Of a stretch of 64,000 bases of DNA, positions 35,688 through 49,113 are shown one piece after another; within the stretch, counting starts at the first letter, position 1, and every line of letters begins with the position of its first letter. Below the pieces are notes generated by a model that saw only the letters and a list, made by a program, of their open reading frames with translations, made no database searches and had not been told where the DNA came from. The stretch is from NCBI RefSeq assembly GCF_052425735.1, contig NC_135762.1, forward strand, positions 30,380,001-30,444,000, written 5' to 3'. Both the position numbers and the translations under genes were made by a program. The stretch is from Oculina patagonica. Its lineage: Eukaryota.

Positions 35688-38600
35688 TTATGCCCTTGCT
35701 TCATAGAAGAGGATGTAACCCGATTCGGATGACTTCTGGATTTCTGATGTCAAACCATAGAATTCTTCTATTGCTTGAGCCTCAATTTTCTGCAAAATAG
35801 AAAACAAAACAAATTGCATCTAAGTATTAGCAGTGTGAGGGATTGAATATTGCACACATTCTAACATTCAATATTGTACTGCCTAATCCAAATTATGCTG
35901 ACTTGTATCTGAATTAAAAACTTTTACCATTATACCCCTCTATTATGACATTGGGAAACCCAAACAAAACATTGTGACTTTTGGATACTTTCAAAAACCA
36001 GCTTTTTAAAGGCTGAAGCGAGTTTCCCAACCCTTTTGCCTTCATAGCACCACTATTGTTAAATAAATACAAATTCTGAAAAAAAACTATGATTACATGG
36101 TCATGGAGCAATCATTAAAATACCACATCACTGACAAGATGTTCACAAACACAAACCATCAAACCACAATATTATTGAGAATCAAACTTCTCCAAATCCA
36201 AATTGTCTCATGAGCAAATTCAATATTAAATGATTTGAACCTCAACGACTTTAAATAAACAGATGTTTAAATTATATAAAAAATTGTGCTCTGCTGTACT
36301 TCGCGGTTTATTACACCTACAGTGCACTTATTTAAAAGTGTACTAACCTCTACAATATCATCATCAAAGAGAAGCCAAAGACCATGACTTTTCACTATTG
36401 TTATATAATGACCCCTGTTAGGTCCACTGAAATGATAATTATAATAAATCAACTCCATTAGCTTAAATATTAGAAAATAGGTCTCAATAGACATCGACAG
36501 ACAGACACCCTGTGAGTAAAGTTCCCTTTGATCTTTCTAGATCGAAGGAACTCTGCTTGCAGGGTATTAAAAAGACAGACAAAGGGACAAGATGGATGGA
36601 GGAAGGACATGCGAACAGACGGACAGACAGTTTCTGTTAATGATACAGTACCACTCAAAAGTAAGTTACTATCCTCTTGCAAGACCAGTTTCTAGTCTTG
36701 TGAAACAAGAAGCTAAAAAACTGCAAGTACACGGCTCTAACTTCGGCTCTAACTTCTCTCGAGATTTTAATTGCCTATTGTTAACCATACTTGAAGCAAC
36801 AAAAAGCGAGAGAATATCGCCTAGCATGTGGTTGGGGTCCTGGATTTTATTGCATACACATAAATCAAAGTTGAACCTTTATGATAGAAAATAAAAACAA
36901 GTTTTGTGCTGCATTCTTCTTTTTCATTAATGTACAAATGTACTCTTTACTGTACTAGAAATAACAACTTATCGATGCATGCACAAGGCTGTTTACCTGC
37001 CACAATGTATGACAACTGCAACCAGGTCATACAGTTTTTCATGATTAATTGCATCATCAGACTAGAAAACAAAAATTTTAATAGTGTCAGTGATAAATCA
37101 CACTTGCAGTATTACAAGGTGTTTGATAGTTTTTTACTTGTACATACAGTACTGAGTAGAATCCCAATTTCTCAAAAGCTGCTTTGAGAAATTGGGAGGT
37201 TTAAGAAATTGGGAGTAAACTGATTACGGAGGAATACTATCCAAGGGAAATTGGTTTCAGAAATCGGGAGTTTTGATAAACCAAGGGTTTGAGAAATCAG
37301 GATGCTAATGTATAAGGGCAATTCCATGTGAGAATGTGAAAAATCCAGATTTTTAAAAAGTGATTGGACATAAAATCATACCCTGCGCTATATTGTTGAC
37401 AAGTTACAATACATAGAAAAAAAGGGTTTCAGTTCGCTTGTGATAGCAATGCATTCAGGGGGGTCTCCAAAGTAAGTGTTTATTTTTTAATAATAAACAA
37501 TAGGTGAGAGACAAATTTTTTAACTTGCTTTATAAAATTTGGAAATGATTTGTGTCTACAAACAGTTATATCAGAAGAAATACCTCAAAGGAGTTAATAC
37601 ATAAAAAATATAAATTTCACCCTGAACTTTTTAAAAAAATAGTTATTAACAAAGTAAATTTTGTTACGGACGTTACATAACGTCCGTAACGTTTACACAA
37701 TCTTTTTCCATTCTTAAAACAACCATTTAAAAGATTTCAAAGATATTTCTGCCACAAAGCTAAATATTCTTTAGAAACACTTTGGTAAAAAGCGATCCCT
37801 GAAAAACTGCAACATTTTCCAAAAAATGGTAACAAAACTTTGTTACGGACGTTACGTTACGGACGTTACAATTCTTGAAGCTTGTGATTTTGGACTGTTT
37901 CTGCCACAGTTAAAGGCAATTTTGGATATGTGAATTCTCAAAGAAAGCAGTGTTTTAGAGAAGGAATGGATTATACCCACTGGAGTCCAGTATATGTCTG
38001 TGGGCTTAGATAGTTTAAACATGCTCATGCTCAAGGCTGAGTACTTAATGTAAAATGCATGTAGTGTCCTTCACACTGTGTTGGGACATTTCACAGCTTT
38101 AACATAAAGTAACAACCAGTTTGATTTATAAAATGTTAAATACAAGCCATTTTGAACTTTTATGTCCAAAAAATTGTGGCCTACAATACAAAATAATATA
38201 ATAATTTACACAGTGTAACGTCCGTAACATTGGCTGTAACGTCCATAACGTTAAAGTTCACATAGCATTGTGTAATTGCGAAAGTAGTCAGGTGCCCAGG
38301 AGTCCAAAATGTGACACCCACGGGCATTTTTGTCTGATTTTTGGCAACATTGCTATTTTTACTACATCGAGTACGCTGATTTCGAAAATCAATGTTGCCA
38401 AGCTTAATTCTCGCGTTAAGATGATGTTTTGATGCATTTAATTATGACGTCATGGTCCAAATAAGGAATTTTCTTTCCTTTAGCTATTTTAAGCATAATA
38501 CATCCAGAAATTCATTTAAAGCATTGTTAGTGTGCTGTAAAAATGATTTCAAGAATTTTCTGAGAGTTTTTACGCTGTTTCTGTGAAAATCAAGCCCTTC

Positions 38601-41600
38601 AGTGACAATTGACCACGCCCTCTTAAACAAAATTCACCATATCGCGGGAACCTTATCACGGGTGTAGTTTTGTTATTTTGTCAAAGAACAAATGCGATAT
38701 TTGTATTAACAAATCGCTATAGTTGCAATAAGAAAGAAAAATATGGTCGTCGTGCCACGCTGAAGCTAAGAGCTAGCGAGCATCAAGAATGACGCCATTA
38801 CAATTTTCATATATCGAGTTTCCCTTGTTTCAGCATTTCGTTTAAGTTTTGTGGTAAACTAAATGAAAATAACATCATAGTTAATGTCGTAATATATCAT
38901 CGTTGTTTTAGTTAGAGATAAAACTTTATTGATTGTCTTGTATATTGCTGAATCTAACTTATTTCACAATGCACTTTGTCTGTTATAGGCTCATGATAAA
39001 GACTTTGGTTGAACGCATGTAAAATTAACGAATTTAAAATGATCATAACATTGCTCCTTGCTTTCAGGTTTAAATCTGTCTATAATATTTTTAATCAATA
39101 TTGGTAAATATTTTTAATATATCTTCTGAACTTTTTTAAAAACACTGAACTAATATTGCTTTTTAAACAAGTTTCTTTAAAGCGCTTTAGCGCAGTTTGA
39201 TATAGCAATTAGCGTCGGTCTTGGTGCATCCACACAGCCCAGTGCACATGGCATGCGTTTATCTAAATTCATAGCGAAGAGGCACATATATAGCCAGTGG
39301 TCAGATCGGATTTCATACATTAACAAATAAACGTTTTCTGCGGAGGTAGTGGTGTCAGCTTTGAGAACATCTTCGCCGACCGAGAAGAGAAGAACAAATT
39401 TTTCTGTGATAACTTTCCACAGATGAAAGAGGTGCTGTTACAGCCGGTGATGGTGTGAGATGGTAACAATGAACTTGACGAGTTATAAGGAAGATTTGCT
39501 GAGACATCCTCTAAAGTTATTTACGTTAGATTCTCTGTTGTTCCTGCCCATATCCACACTGTTGACGAGAGCTTAGCGCGATCGATGTGCCAGGAGAAGT
39601 AACAGCAAGTCTGTGCCTCGAGTGGAAACTATAATGTTGTCGACATGCCCGCTATGACTGACTGCATAACGAACAAACTTCTTATCGGCTTCCTCTTGGT
39701 TGGATCTCAAAAAGGCTACATCTAGGCCAGAATCTGAGCAGAATCCACTTCGTATGAAAAACCACCAGATATACTACGACTTTGCAGAGTCAGTGCCTGC
39801 GAGATAAGTTCATCTGAGAGAATCCGTGCAAAGTCCGCTTTGTTGTCTCCTAGTGCCAAAAATGCTCGCCACTTCATCGGCCGCAACTGAACCTCTCTTA
39901 CGTACTTCAATGACTCTGCTCACAGGCCGCGCCGTGTTCTCGGAGCGTCGACTTCTTGTCGTTGCTTTTATGGAGTGCCTCCCATCGAGTAACACATCAA
40001 TCCTCTGGTGTCCAGGACCTTTCCGTAAAACAGTGTTTACGTAACATTTCGCAAACCCACCGAAAGCATTTGCATTTTTTGGTTTGCCAATAGCTGCCAC
40101 CATAATTAGTATGCTGCCACCAGGGCGAAGCTATCGAAGAACAAACTGACTCTAGGCACTTGACCTTTTCTTCTGAGAACGTCTTCTAAAATTGACTTGT
40201 TTCACACTTGTGGGGTTCATTTCTGCGAAAACAGTGGCACCGGCATTATACCTCAGATGCTACAATATGGCTTGCATGTTTATCTCGCGCCTGCCTTCAT
40301 ACACCGTGACTAGACAACATAGAATACTCTGGTTTCCATGCAAATTTAGTCTTTCTCTTTTTGCGGCTAGTTGCAGCACTTTTAACTTCATAAAGGCTGG
40401 CAAATAGAGGTGGATTATTCTTGCGAACAGGGTCACGAAAGTTTGTCTTCCATCCCTTCTTCCCGTTCCCGTTCTTCCTCTCTGTCTGAAGATAGTAGCC
40501 TCCATTCCACGAATCGTTCAAGCTGAGTCTGTCCAATCGAAAGATCTTGTTTTATTTCTAGAGTCACGAGATCTTTCTTGACAATTTTTTTGCAATGTCT
40601 CATTTGTCCGTGACAAGAACAACCCGGATTTTGTTGTGTGGAATGTACAGAATTCTCAGCTTCATTTTCTTGCTTCTGTCTCTCCTTGCCACTCTCTTTG
40701 TGGATAAAAGCAGTCGTTATGGTGTATGTCAAACATCGCTGATGTTTGTGGAGCAATTCAATTACTACTTTTTATTAATACAAGAATCACATTCATTTTT
40801 AAACAAAATGTTAACACTATACCCGTGATAAAGTGATTTTTTATGAGAGGGCGTGGTCAATTCCCACAAGACGGCTTGATATTAATAGAAACGGTATAAA
40901 AACTATCAGAAAATTCTTAAAATCATTTTACAGTATACTTATAATGTTTTGAACGACCTTCTGGATGAATTATGCTTAAAATAGCTAAAGGAAAGAAAAT
41001 TGCTTATTTGGACCATGACGTCATAATTAAATGCATCAGAACATCATCTTAACGCAAGAATTAAGCTTGGCAACATTGATTTTCGAAATCAGCGTACTTG
41101 ATTTAGTACAAATGGCTATGTTGCCAAAAATCAGACAAAAATGCCCGTGGGTGTCACATTTTGGACTCCTGGGCACCTGACTAAAGTGAGTTTAAATGAA
41201 ATGAAGCTTTTTGGTTCACACAACTACTATACTTCAAATATTTGGAGCAGTTCATGCAATAAGCCCTGACACTTCACAGGAATTTTCCATTAATACCAGT
41301 GCTCTTGTTCATGTGGTTGTTTTTTATGTAACGTCCGTAACGGTGTGTTTTTTGCTCTATTTTAACATATAGGCCAGTCAGGTGGAAAACTTTTATAACT
41401 CAATTAATGCATCAGTAGGCACAAACATGATAATCAATGTAACATTGGACAACCTCTTCCTATTCTTTGCCTGTGCTAGATTTAAGTTTCAAAAATGACT
41501 CTGAATGTAACGTCCGTAACTCTGTGCCCATAATGAACTTGCCACTGACAACACATCACAACAGTTCTATTGACAATAAATTTCTTTGAACAAGAAACCA

Positions 41601-44600
41601 GCAGTGAATTTTGCTTCCCTTGGCTTTATTTTGGGTAACATTGCAAAGATCTTTAGGAAAAAAAATTCACTGATTTTCTTTATTGATATATCCCTTCATT
41701 TTCTAATTAAAATTTACACTTTTGAAGACTTTCTTGACTTTCCTTATAAGCATTGTCTTGTACTTACTGTATTAAAGAGTCTTAGCTCAAAAGGAAACAC
41801 CACTCGGTAAGACAGCTTAGCATATCTCTGCAGCTGTTCCATGTATTTAAACCTCTTCAAGTGAAGTGCTAGAATCTTTGGTAGTTTCTTTACTCTCATT
41901 CTGAAAGTGAAATACAATGGCATATATTTAACACATACACGAACACAACCTGTATTATGACAGGCAGCTCTAGAACAAAGTAAATATTTTCCAAATTGTT
42001 CACTAGGTAGTTAATCAAACATATCGAATGGTTACATCCACTGCTTAAGTCGGAGCAACTTTACAAGAAGCACTAGAGTGGTGAATCTTCAGGAAGGGTG
42101 CAGGGGGTAGGCAGCTCCCCCCCCCTGAAAGTGAGCAGCTCCTCCCTCCCCCTGAGATGACCTCCTTCTTTCTATTTGCTTCTAAAATTTGTTTACATCA
42201 CCAGTCAGTTAAGCCATTCCTTAGTGGTGCACCCCCTCCTAAGAAAAATCCTGGATTCACCCCTGGGATATGGCAAACTTTCAAAATATTACAAATGTTT
42301 TAACCTAGGGGCCTACCATATGTCATTAGGCTGGCACTTTTTTAAAGTCCAGTTTTGACAGCATGAAGTGACTAGGAGTACTACTTAAGTCCCCTATATG
42401 AAAGGCTCATTCTTTACAGTGACGCAGGAACATTTATGTCAGATAACCTGATTTGCCAGCACCCATTTATACAAGTCAGGTACTCTAGTGTAGCAGTTGC
42501 TAATTGTTTTTGCTGTTGTTTGTTCTATCTGTTCTCTTAAAGGGTAGTGAGCCATTCATCTCAGATCTTGTGAGAACTAGCTGCTACCCGACCCATTTAT
42601 ACTCCCTGTTGGGGAGAGAGCCACTGTGTGATTGTCTTGCCCAAGAGCATACGGTATTCGGCATACAGGGCTGTATATGTAACACAGTGACTCGGTCAAT
42701 ACTAACGATTAAGCTTAGCTGCATCTCTCACAAATCTTAATTCATAGAAACACTTAACATGGCACCATGGATTATTTCACTTAGCAAATTAAACTCCCTC
42801 ACAAAAACCACATATGAAGCCTCAATATACCATGGAGACAGCATTTATAACCTAACACAACAATACTGGTATAGGCTGTAATTTTAACAATTTCGTTCAT
42901 AACATATGGAGGTTTTGCAGCTTTGTAATTTAAAGAACAAGCATAAAATACCTTTTCTGTGCTTCTTGCTTACTACAACATGTTTCACAGAAGTATTTGT
43001 GTTCACTGCAAAGTGTTTCAGTTGAGGAGAAGCCTCTGTTTAAAAACAAAGGAAAAAGAAGTTAAGACACAGCGCTGTGACTGATCAGTGAAAGACATAT
43101 CAATATTAATCAATGTTCAAACATTTTGATTTGACAGAACAGTCTCTACCAATAAGATAACAAATTATTTTGTAACTACAATCATCATGTAAATACAGTT
43201 ACTCACTTGAGACAATGTGTTATTGATGTATTTTGTTCTACATCCACTGAAAGATCCAGAAATGATTCATCCTTACTACTGACCTGAAAAATTCCAAGAA
43301 AAAACAACTTACTTTTATTGAATGGAACATGATTTTCAGTGAGAACTGTTCTATAATGCAGGGTTTCCAAAACAAGCCAGAGACTGCTGTAGTTCTGCCG
43401 GCTTCTTGATTTTATTAAAAACTGGCAATGGCATATTGCAATTCCTGAGTTTTGATCATCCTGGGAGACCCAGGGGGAGTTTCTGGGGGTGAGGGAAACA
43501 GGAAACTGTGGGAAAAAAGTTTGGCATAGAAAAGTTGGTCAGGAGTGATTGAAAGGTACCCCTGGGGAAAGAGTTTACCAGGCCTGCCAGTTCCAAACAG
43601 CTATCTGATTACTGCCTCCTGATTGGGCAGAAAAGTTCTTTGTATTATTGTGTCCAATCGGCAATCTGCAGGTCTACAGTCTACTTCGTTTTGCGCGGGA
43701 AGAAAAATTTTGTTCAGTTATTTTATGGGAAAATCATTCGCTGCCTGAAGCGAAACCTTTTGCAAACACAAGACATATTTCACCCATGATCAGGAAATTC
43801 AAATATAAATCACAACATACATGAGAAAAACTAATTAAATCCTCATTACAATGGTTCATGTACGAGAAGTTTTAAATATTATTTAGGAGACAATATTGAG
43901 GGATTCAAGATTCACTGACACCTGTCAGCCACAGTGTCCAGTTAAGCAAGGCTTAATGAATATTATTTTAAGCTAATTACTTACTGTTTCACAGCACAGA
44001 CATCTTGTTTCATTTGTTAAAATTCCTTCAAAGATATCATGGACCCAGGTAGGCTCTGTCTTGCTGTTATGTTGTGTTCCTCCGTTTGTTGTTCCCGCAG
44101 AAGAGATGCTACTCTTACTGCTGACGCTGCTAGTGCTGCTGTGTTTGTCTTTTTCTTTCTCCTTTGCCTTCTCTCCTTAAATTCAAAGTTTGTTGCAGTA
44201 GATAATATGTTGACATATTCCCTGGTTGATTATTTTCTTTAATTACCAAGTTGAGAATTATTACTATTATAAAATTAATTTAATTAGTAAAAGTAATTGG
44301 ACTGAGTGGAGTGCAATTCAGGGAGTAATCGAGGAGTAATTTCAAAATCGGCCGAGCGCGCAGCGCGAGGACGATTTGAAATTACAAGCGCGATTACTCT
44401 CTGAATTGTACAACACGATTTCCAATTACTAATTAATCGTAGCAATAACAAAATTCGAGGTTAGGAGGTCTTTGAAAATCTTTTTTAGTGTGAAAAAGGG
44501 TGGTGGACAAAACACTGACCCCCAGTCCATGGACTACCCCCATGGACTACCCCATGGACTACTCAAATGGACTACCCCTAAAAAATGGACTACCCCTTAA

Positions 44601-47600
44601 AGTACTATTCCGAGTGTGTACTACTTACTGAGTTGTTGTTATACGCATATAATTTGCACTTACTTTGGTTACTTTCGACAACTCTAGCCGCCATTTTGAA
44701 TGAATTACACTATACATCTGCTGACCTCAAAAAGCGAAGACTTATGCCCAGACTCAGCACTATTTTTTCCTCAGGATCTGTCTGCCTACCGGTTCTGTTC
44801 TCCTCGCTGAGCTGCCAAAGTTATATTCATTCAAAAATTTTCTCTGGCCACCAAATGTTTAAGATGCATCTCAAGCAACTATCTGATACTATTTATAAAA
44901 GTTTGGATCTTCTGTAGTGTAGTGCAGTGCCTGTTTTGTCTGTCTCTATGAGTTCAAAGATTGATTGCTTGATTTGAGTCTACACCTTCGTGATCAGCGG
45001 ATGTTCATTTAGTATAATATATTCAAAATGGCGGCCAGAGGGATACGTACGGCTTGAAAATAAACAAGGTAAGACGTAAGTGCAAATTATGTGTGTATAA
45101 CAACAGCTCAGTAAGTGGTACACACTCGGAATAGTACTTTAAGGGTAGTCCATTTTTTAGGGGTAGTCCATTTTAGGTAGTCCATTTGGGTAGTCCATGG
45201 GGGTAGTCCATGGACTGGGGGTCAGTGTTTTGTCCACCACCGTGAAAAAGTCAATGGTAAATTCAACTGGTTGTACAAACAGTGGGAAAACAGCAAGAAA
45301 GAACCCATTTATATGCGCGTGATTAACGCGTGAATGGCGTAGGTGTCCAATTACAGGTATCCAATTTGAAGTTGCTCAAATTGGATACCTGTATTGGACA
45401 CCCACGTGATCTCGTGCCGATTACGTGACAAATAGGCGCGCGCAGAACCAATCAAAATCGAGAATTTTGTCATAGATACGATTAGATGTGGAACATTCTT
45501 GGAAATTACAGGGTTGGCAAGATCCTTCAAGGAAATGTCAGATGATACCCTCTACTGACACAAAAAAGACCTTAAAGTTTGCATTTTCTTTATTAAAGTT
45601 TCTTTTGTAAGTGCAGTGCAGAAACTGGGGACGATATTTAAGATAATTATTTATGTCTACAAAGAAATGCGGTCATCATGCATTTGTACATGTAACATGG
45701 TTGTGAATGCAATTCAGAGTTCTAATTTAACATTGCACAGTTTGGAGATGACAGCTGAATACTAAATATTAATATACAAATTAAAGAAAAACTCAAACAC
45801 ACTTACCTTGTAACAGATCTGCTATTGTATTCAATAGATAATTTAAGAATTCATGGGCATCCTGTTGCATGTAGTTATCAAAAAGTTCTGCAAAAAATTA
45901 ATAGATTTCCATCACTTTAAGTTAACTTTTTTAATATGTACATTATGTACGGATTTTTTTAGTATCAGCAAAGCATAAATTAGTGGTGTGGCTTACCCAG
46001 AGTCTTTAACATCATTATGTTATACAGCTTTTAAACAGAATACTAATGTTAAGAACATCATTGAACCAGGCCACATGGTCTTGTGAACCAATCCCTCATT
46101 CTCGATACATTTTGCCATTCCCCATGCATATTCATGACACATCACATAAACATTACATTTCATGAAAGTAGAGAGGTTAAGCATGATGTTATACGGCAAA
46201 CGGCAAACGCAAGCTTGCCTTTCATTTTGTTACTTTTTATTGGATTCAAAAATTAATCACTCATAAAAATAGGGAAAAAATCCTACATTCACGACAAACA
46301 CAAAACTACTCATTTACTGATGAAGTTGAATTTTTGCTTTCGCAAAAAATACCCCCCCCCCCCCCAACATGCTCACAAAAATAGTCAAAAATAGTCAACC
46401 ATTGCGAAAGCACAGCTTGACGAAATTAATACACCGATTCGCGAAAAACCGGAAGTTTCATGGAAGCGAGGCTAAGTGGCCCTCGCCAGCTAAACAATAT
46501 AAAGTTTACATGAGCGCGTGGGGCATTTCAAGTCGGAGCATTTCATCACAATTCGCCACAAATCTTTATCCTTATATGCTCAAAAGTATAAAAGAAGAAA
46601 TTCAGTTAAGGTCTACAGGCGAGAGGTGAAATTTACATTAACATACAGTTTAGCGGTAAGACGTTGTTGTTGACTTCCCTGTAATCGAATAATTAATACT
46701 CAAAACCCAGTTTTAGTCCTTCTGCCCAATTTTGATTTTGTTGATCAATAAACACCTTATGATTCAAGTTTAAAAAACAGATTTTGTTTTGGGAGGCTCT
46801 TCGGTTTTCAGTCCGACGAAATTCCGGTATATAGATTAGAGCACTAGCATGAGGCGATCCGCAAATAAATAAGATCTTTGTCACTTTAATATGCGCGGCA
46901 GCTATAGAATTGAGAACATGAACTGTTCAAAATAAGTTGTTTGAGTAGCAAGGAAAGTCAGTTTTCCAATGATAAAGCGCCTTTCCCACAAAAGAAATTT
47001 TACAAATAGAGCGGTTTGTTTTGACAGAGAAACTCGCATGTCATGCGGTTTGTTGTGAACGTTTCGCTCAGGAAAATCCTACAACGAACATTCAGCCGGT
47101 AATAACATTGCACAGACGTGAATTGCATGAATACGAACAGAAGCGAAGAGTGTGCGTAGTAGCGGGAGCGAGAAAGGCAGGAGGACTGACACTCACAGCT
47201 CTAACTAGTACAACCGTAAGTATGAGAGCGACAGAGAAGCCAAACAGAACGGGAGATCGAGCCCCTATACAGTACCTCTGCTCGAGACGCGCGGACGAAA
47301 GCCGTTCCGCCAAATGATATGCATGCACACACTCAAAAAAATGCGAGAATGACGTTTGACATGTTCACCAACTGAAGTTTTGTTCGAAAGGACCTCCCAG
47401 GGCAATTAAGTTTTTAATTTCCGACAAATAGACTGTTTCCACCTGCGAGGGGAATACTCGTTGGCGGAGGAATTTCATTCGAGCTAGCACAGAGGGCAAT
47501 CTCGCCAAGCTGTTAATTCACCTGTGCCTGCTAGACATACTTTGAAAGGACAAGATGGCGAGAAGGAAATGCATTCCGACTTGAAATGCCCCCGGCTCAT

Positions 47601-48947
47601 GTAATTATTTTTTACTGGCGAGGGCCACTAGCCTCGCTTCCATGCAACTTCCGGTTTTTTCGCGAATCGATGTATTGAAACATTTTTCCTACCCCCACCC
47701 CCCCAAAAAGTATTTATTCCATTCTGTGTACACCACGCCAAATTTATGCCAAGGTTTCTTAGAAGGTATTTCTTAGATGACAAATATCTTCGGTGCAGCC
47801 TACAGAGAATGCAGCCTGGTATCCCTTCAAAATCCTTCAAATCTCCACAAAATTTTTTCCTTGCAGATTATGTTCAACATAACAAATTGCTTTACTTCTT
47901 GTCTAATTATTTGATATTGAGTTACTACATAATGATAAACAATATATAAAAGTGATGTTTAATACGCTATCATCATGTTTATTTTTACTTGGAAGGCGGT
48001 AGCATCTGTCAAACTTGGAATCATATTGTCATGTTAGCTTATTAATATGTTAACGAGGAACGGGTCAGACGACACGGAATTTTATGTTAGACTCAATTTT
48101 AACCTTTTCTGCTTGCTTAGCATTTTTATGAAAACTACTACAACGTAATCACATTTCTTATTTTTTCAAAAAGATATAGAAAGATTTACCTCGGTTAAAA
48201 TAACAAAAATGTAGCCAATACTAAAGTTTTTCTTCGAATGTAAATTGCATAGCAAAACTTCATGACACCAAGTTTATTTTTATGTTTGTTCCCCTATCTT
48301 TTTGTACATCATTAGAAACCAAAAGAAACTTTAAGTATATATAAAAACAAAAGCCACGTACGGAGGTGATAAATCGGTTCTACATATAAAGCTTAAATAG
48401 CGGGAAATCAAAGGTTTTGGTCAGATTACTTCCACTTCAGTTCATATCATGCACAGATGTGTGTAAACATGGAACCTACCATTCTCTTTCCTAAGTCTGG
48501 CTACGAATTTCTTGGGCGCCAAAACACCAACTTTCTTCTTTTGCGAAGCGATGTTGCCAAAAAGGTCAGCCAGGCATGTAAGCAGGGATTCCTTCCTCTT
48601 AGAAAGGGGTTTATATCCGAGCACCCTCTCGCGAAACGGACGACAGAAAAACAGCGCTTGTAGTACGGAGTTGCAATAACATGTGTTCCCAAACTGCAAA
48701 GAAATATTTCAAATTTAATTTAGCGTTTTATCAGGAGTAACGATTTCCATAAAGCGACTAAAGGAATTCAAGCATACTTACATTTACCAGGCCAAAATAA
48801 TGTTCATTTTGAGGGAATTCATGGCCGATTTCCTTCTCTAGTTGCGAAGCAGTTGCACCCTGCAAATTAAAATTCGAGGATTACAAGACAGTCAGATTAT
48901 CAAACAGGAGCACTTGAAGCACAACGGAGGCTAGAATTTCCTACCAT
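35688..48947 (-). CDS. USP46: Ubiquitin carboxyl-terminal hydrolase 12/46
   Basis: Exons 48945-48947 (ATG), 48782-48859 (EHYFGLVN), 48480-48693 ([14 protein letters not shown]), 45807-45887 ([12 protein letters not shown]), 43985-44175, 43207-43283, 42952-43035, 41768-41900 (LHLKRF), 36997-37061, 36348-36426 (GPNRGHY), 35688-35789 (GYILFY). Likely a co-orthologue of vertebrate USP12 and USP46. Confidence 0.95.
38285..41183 (-). mobile_element. Decayed Academ DNA transposon in USP12/46 intron 8
   Basis: ~380-bp imperfect TIRs starting tagtcaggtgcccaggagtccaaaatgtgac; TAG..CTA ends; AAG on both flanks. Broken minus-strand ORFs with RIDVLLD..SIKATTR.RR, W.AFL...NK and EEAD..TDLL motifs of an XPG/PIN-like Academ protein. 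Confidence 0.75.
44282..45485. mobile_element. Hairpin plus short-IR element, interrupted by a MULE MITE
   Basis: Imperfect hairpin at 44292-44432, then IRs taatcgtagcaataacaaaatt / aattttgtcatagatacgatta. Same layout as 23219-23869. Confidence 0.55.
44499..45241. mobile_element. Mutator-like (MULE) MITE
   Basis: ~200-bp TIRs ggtggtggacaaaacactgacccc.. with internal ggactacccc repeats; 9-bp TSD GTGAAAAAG (44490-44498, 45242-45250). Confidence 0.88.
46428..47676. mobile_element. Non-autonomous TIR element
   Basis: ~60-bp TIRs aatacaccgattcgcgaaaaaccggaagt..ccctcgccag / ctggcgagggcc..gcgaatcgatgtatt. No clear TSD. Confidence 0.7.
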
Positions 48948-49113
48948 TGTTGGTGTTCAACCCATTCTTTTAGCCCATTTCTTCCTCAACAAAGCTGAAA
49001 CTCTGTCAAAATTGCGATTGGTAATTACTTGAAAACCAAAATAAAGTTTGAGCGTTTGTTCTGCGCATGCTTGATAAGTCACCAGTCCTCTCCGAGTCTG
49101 TCTGTGAATCAAA

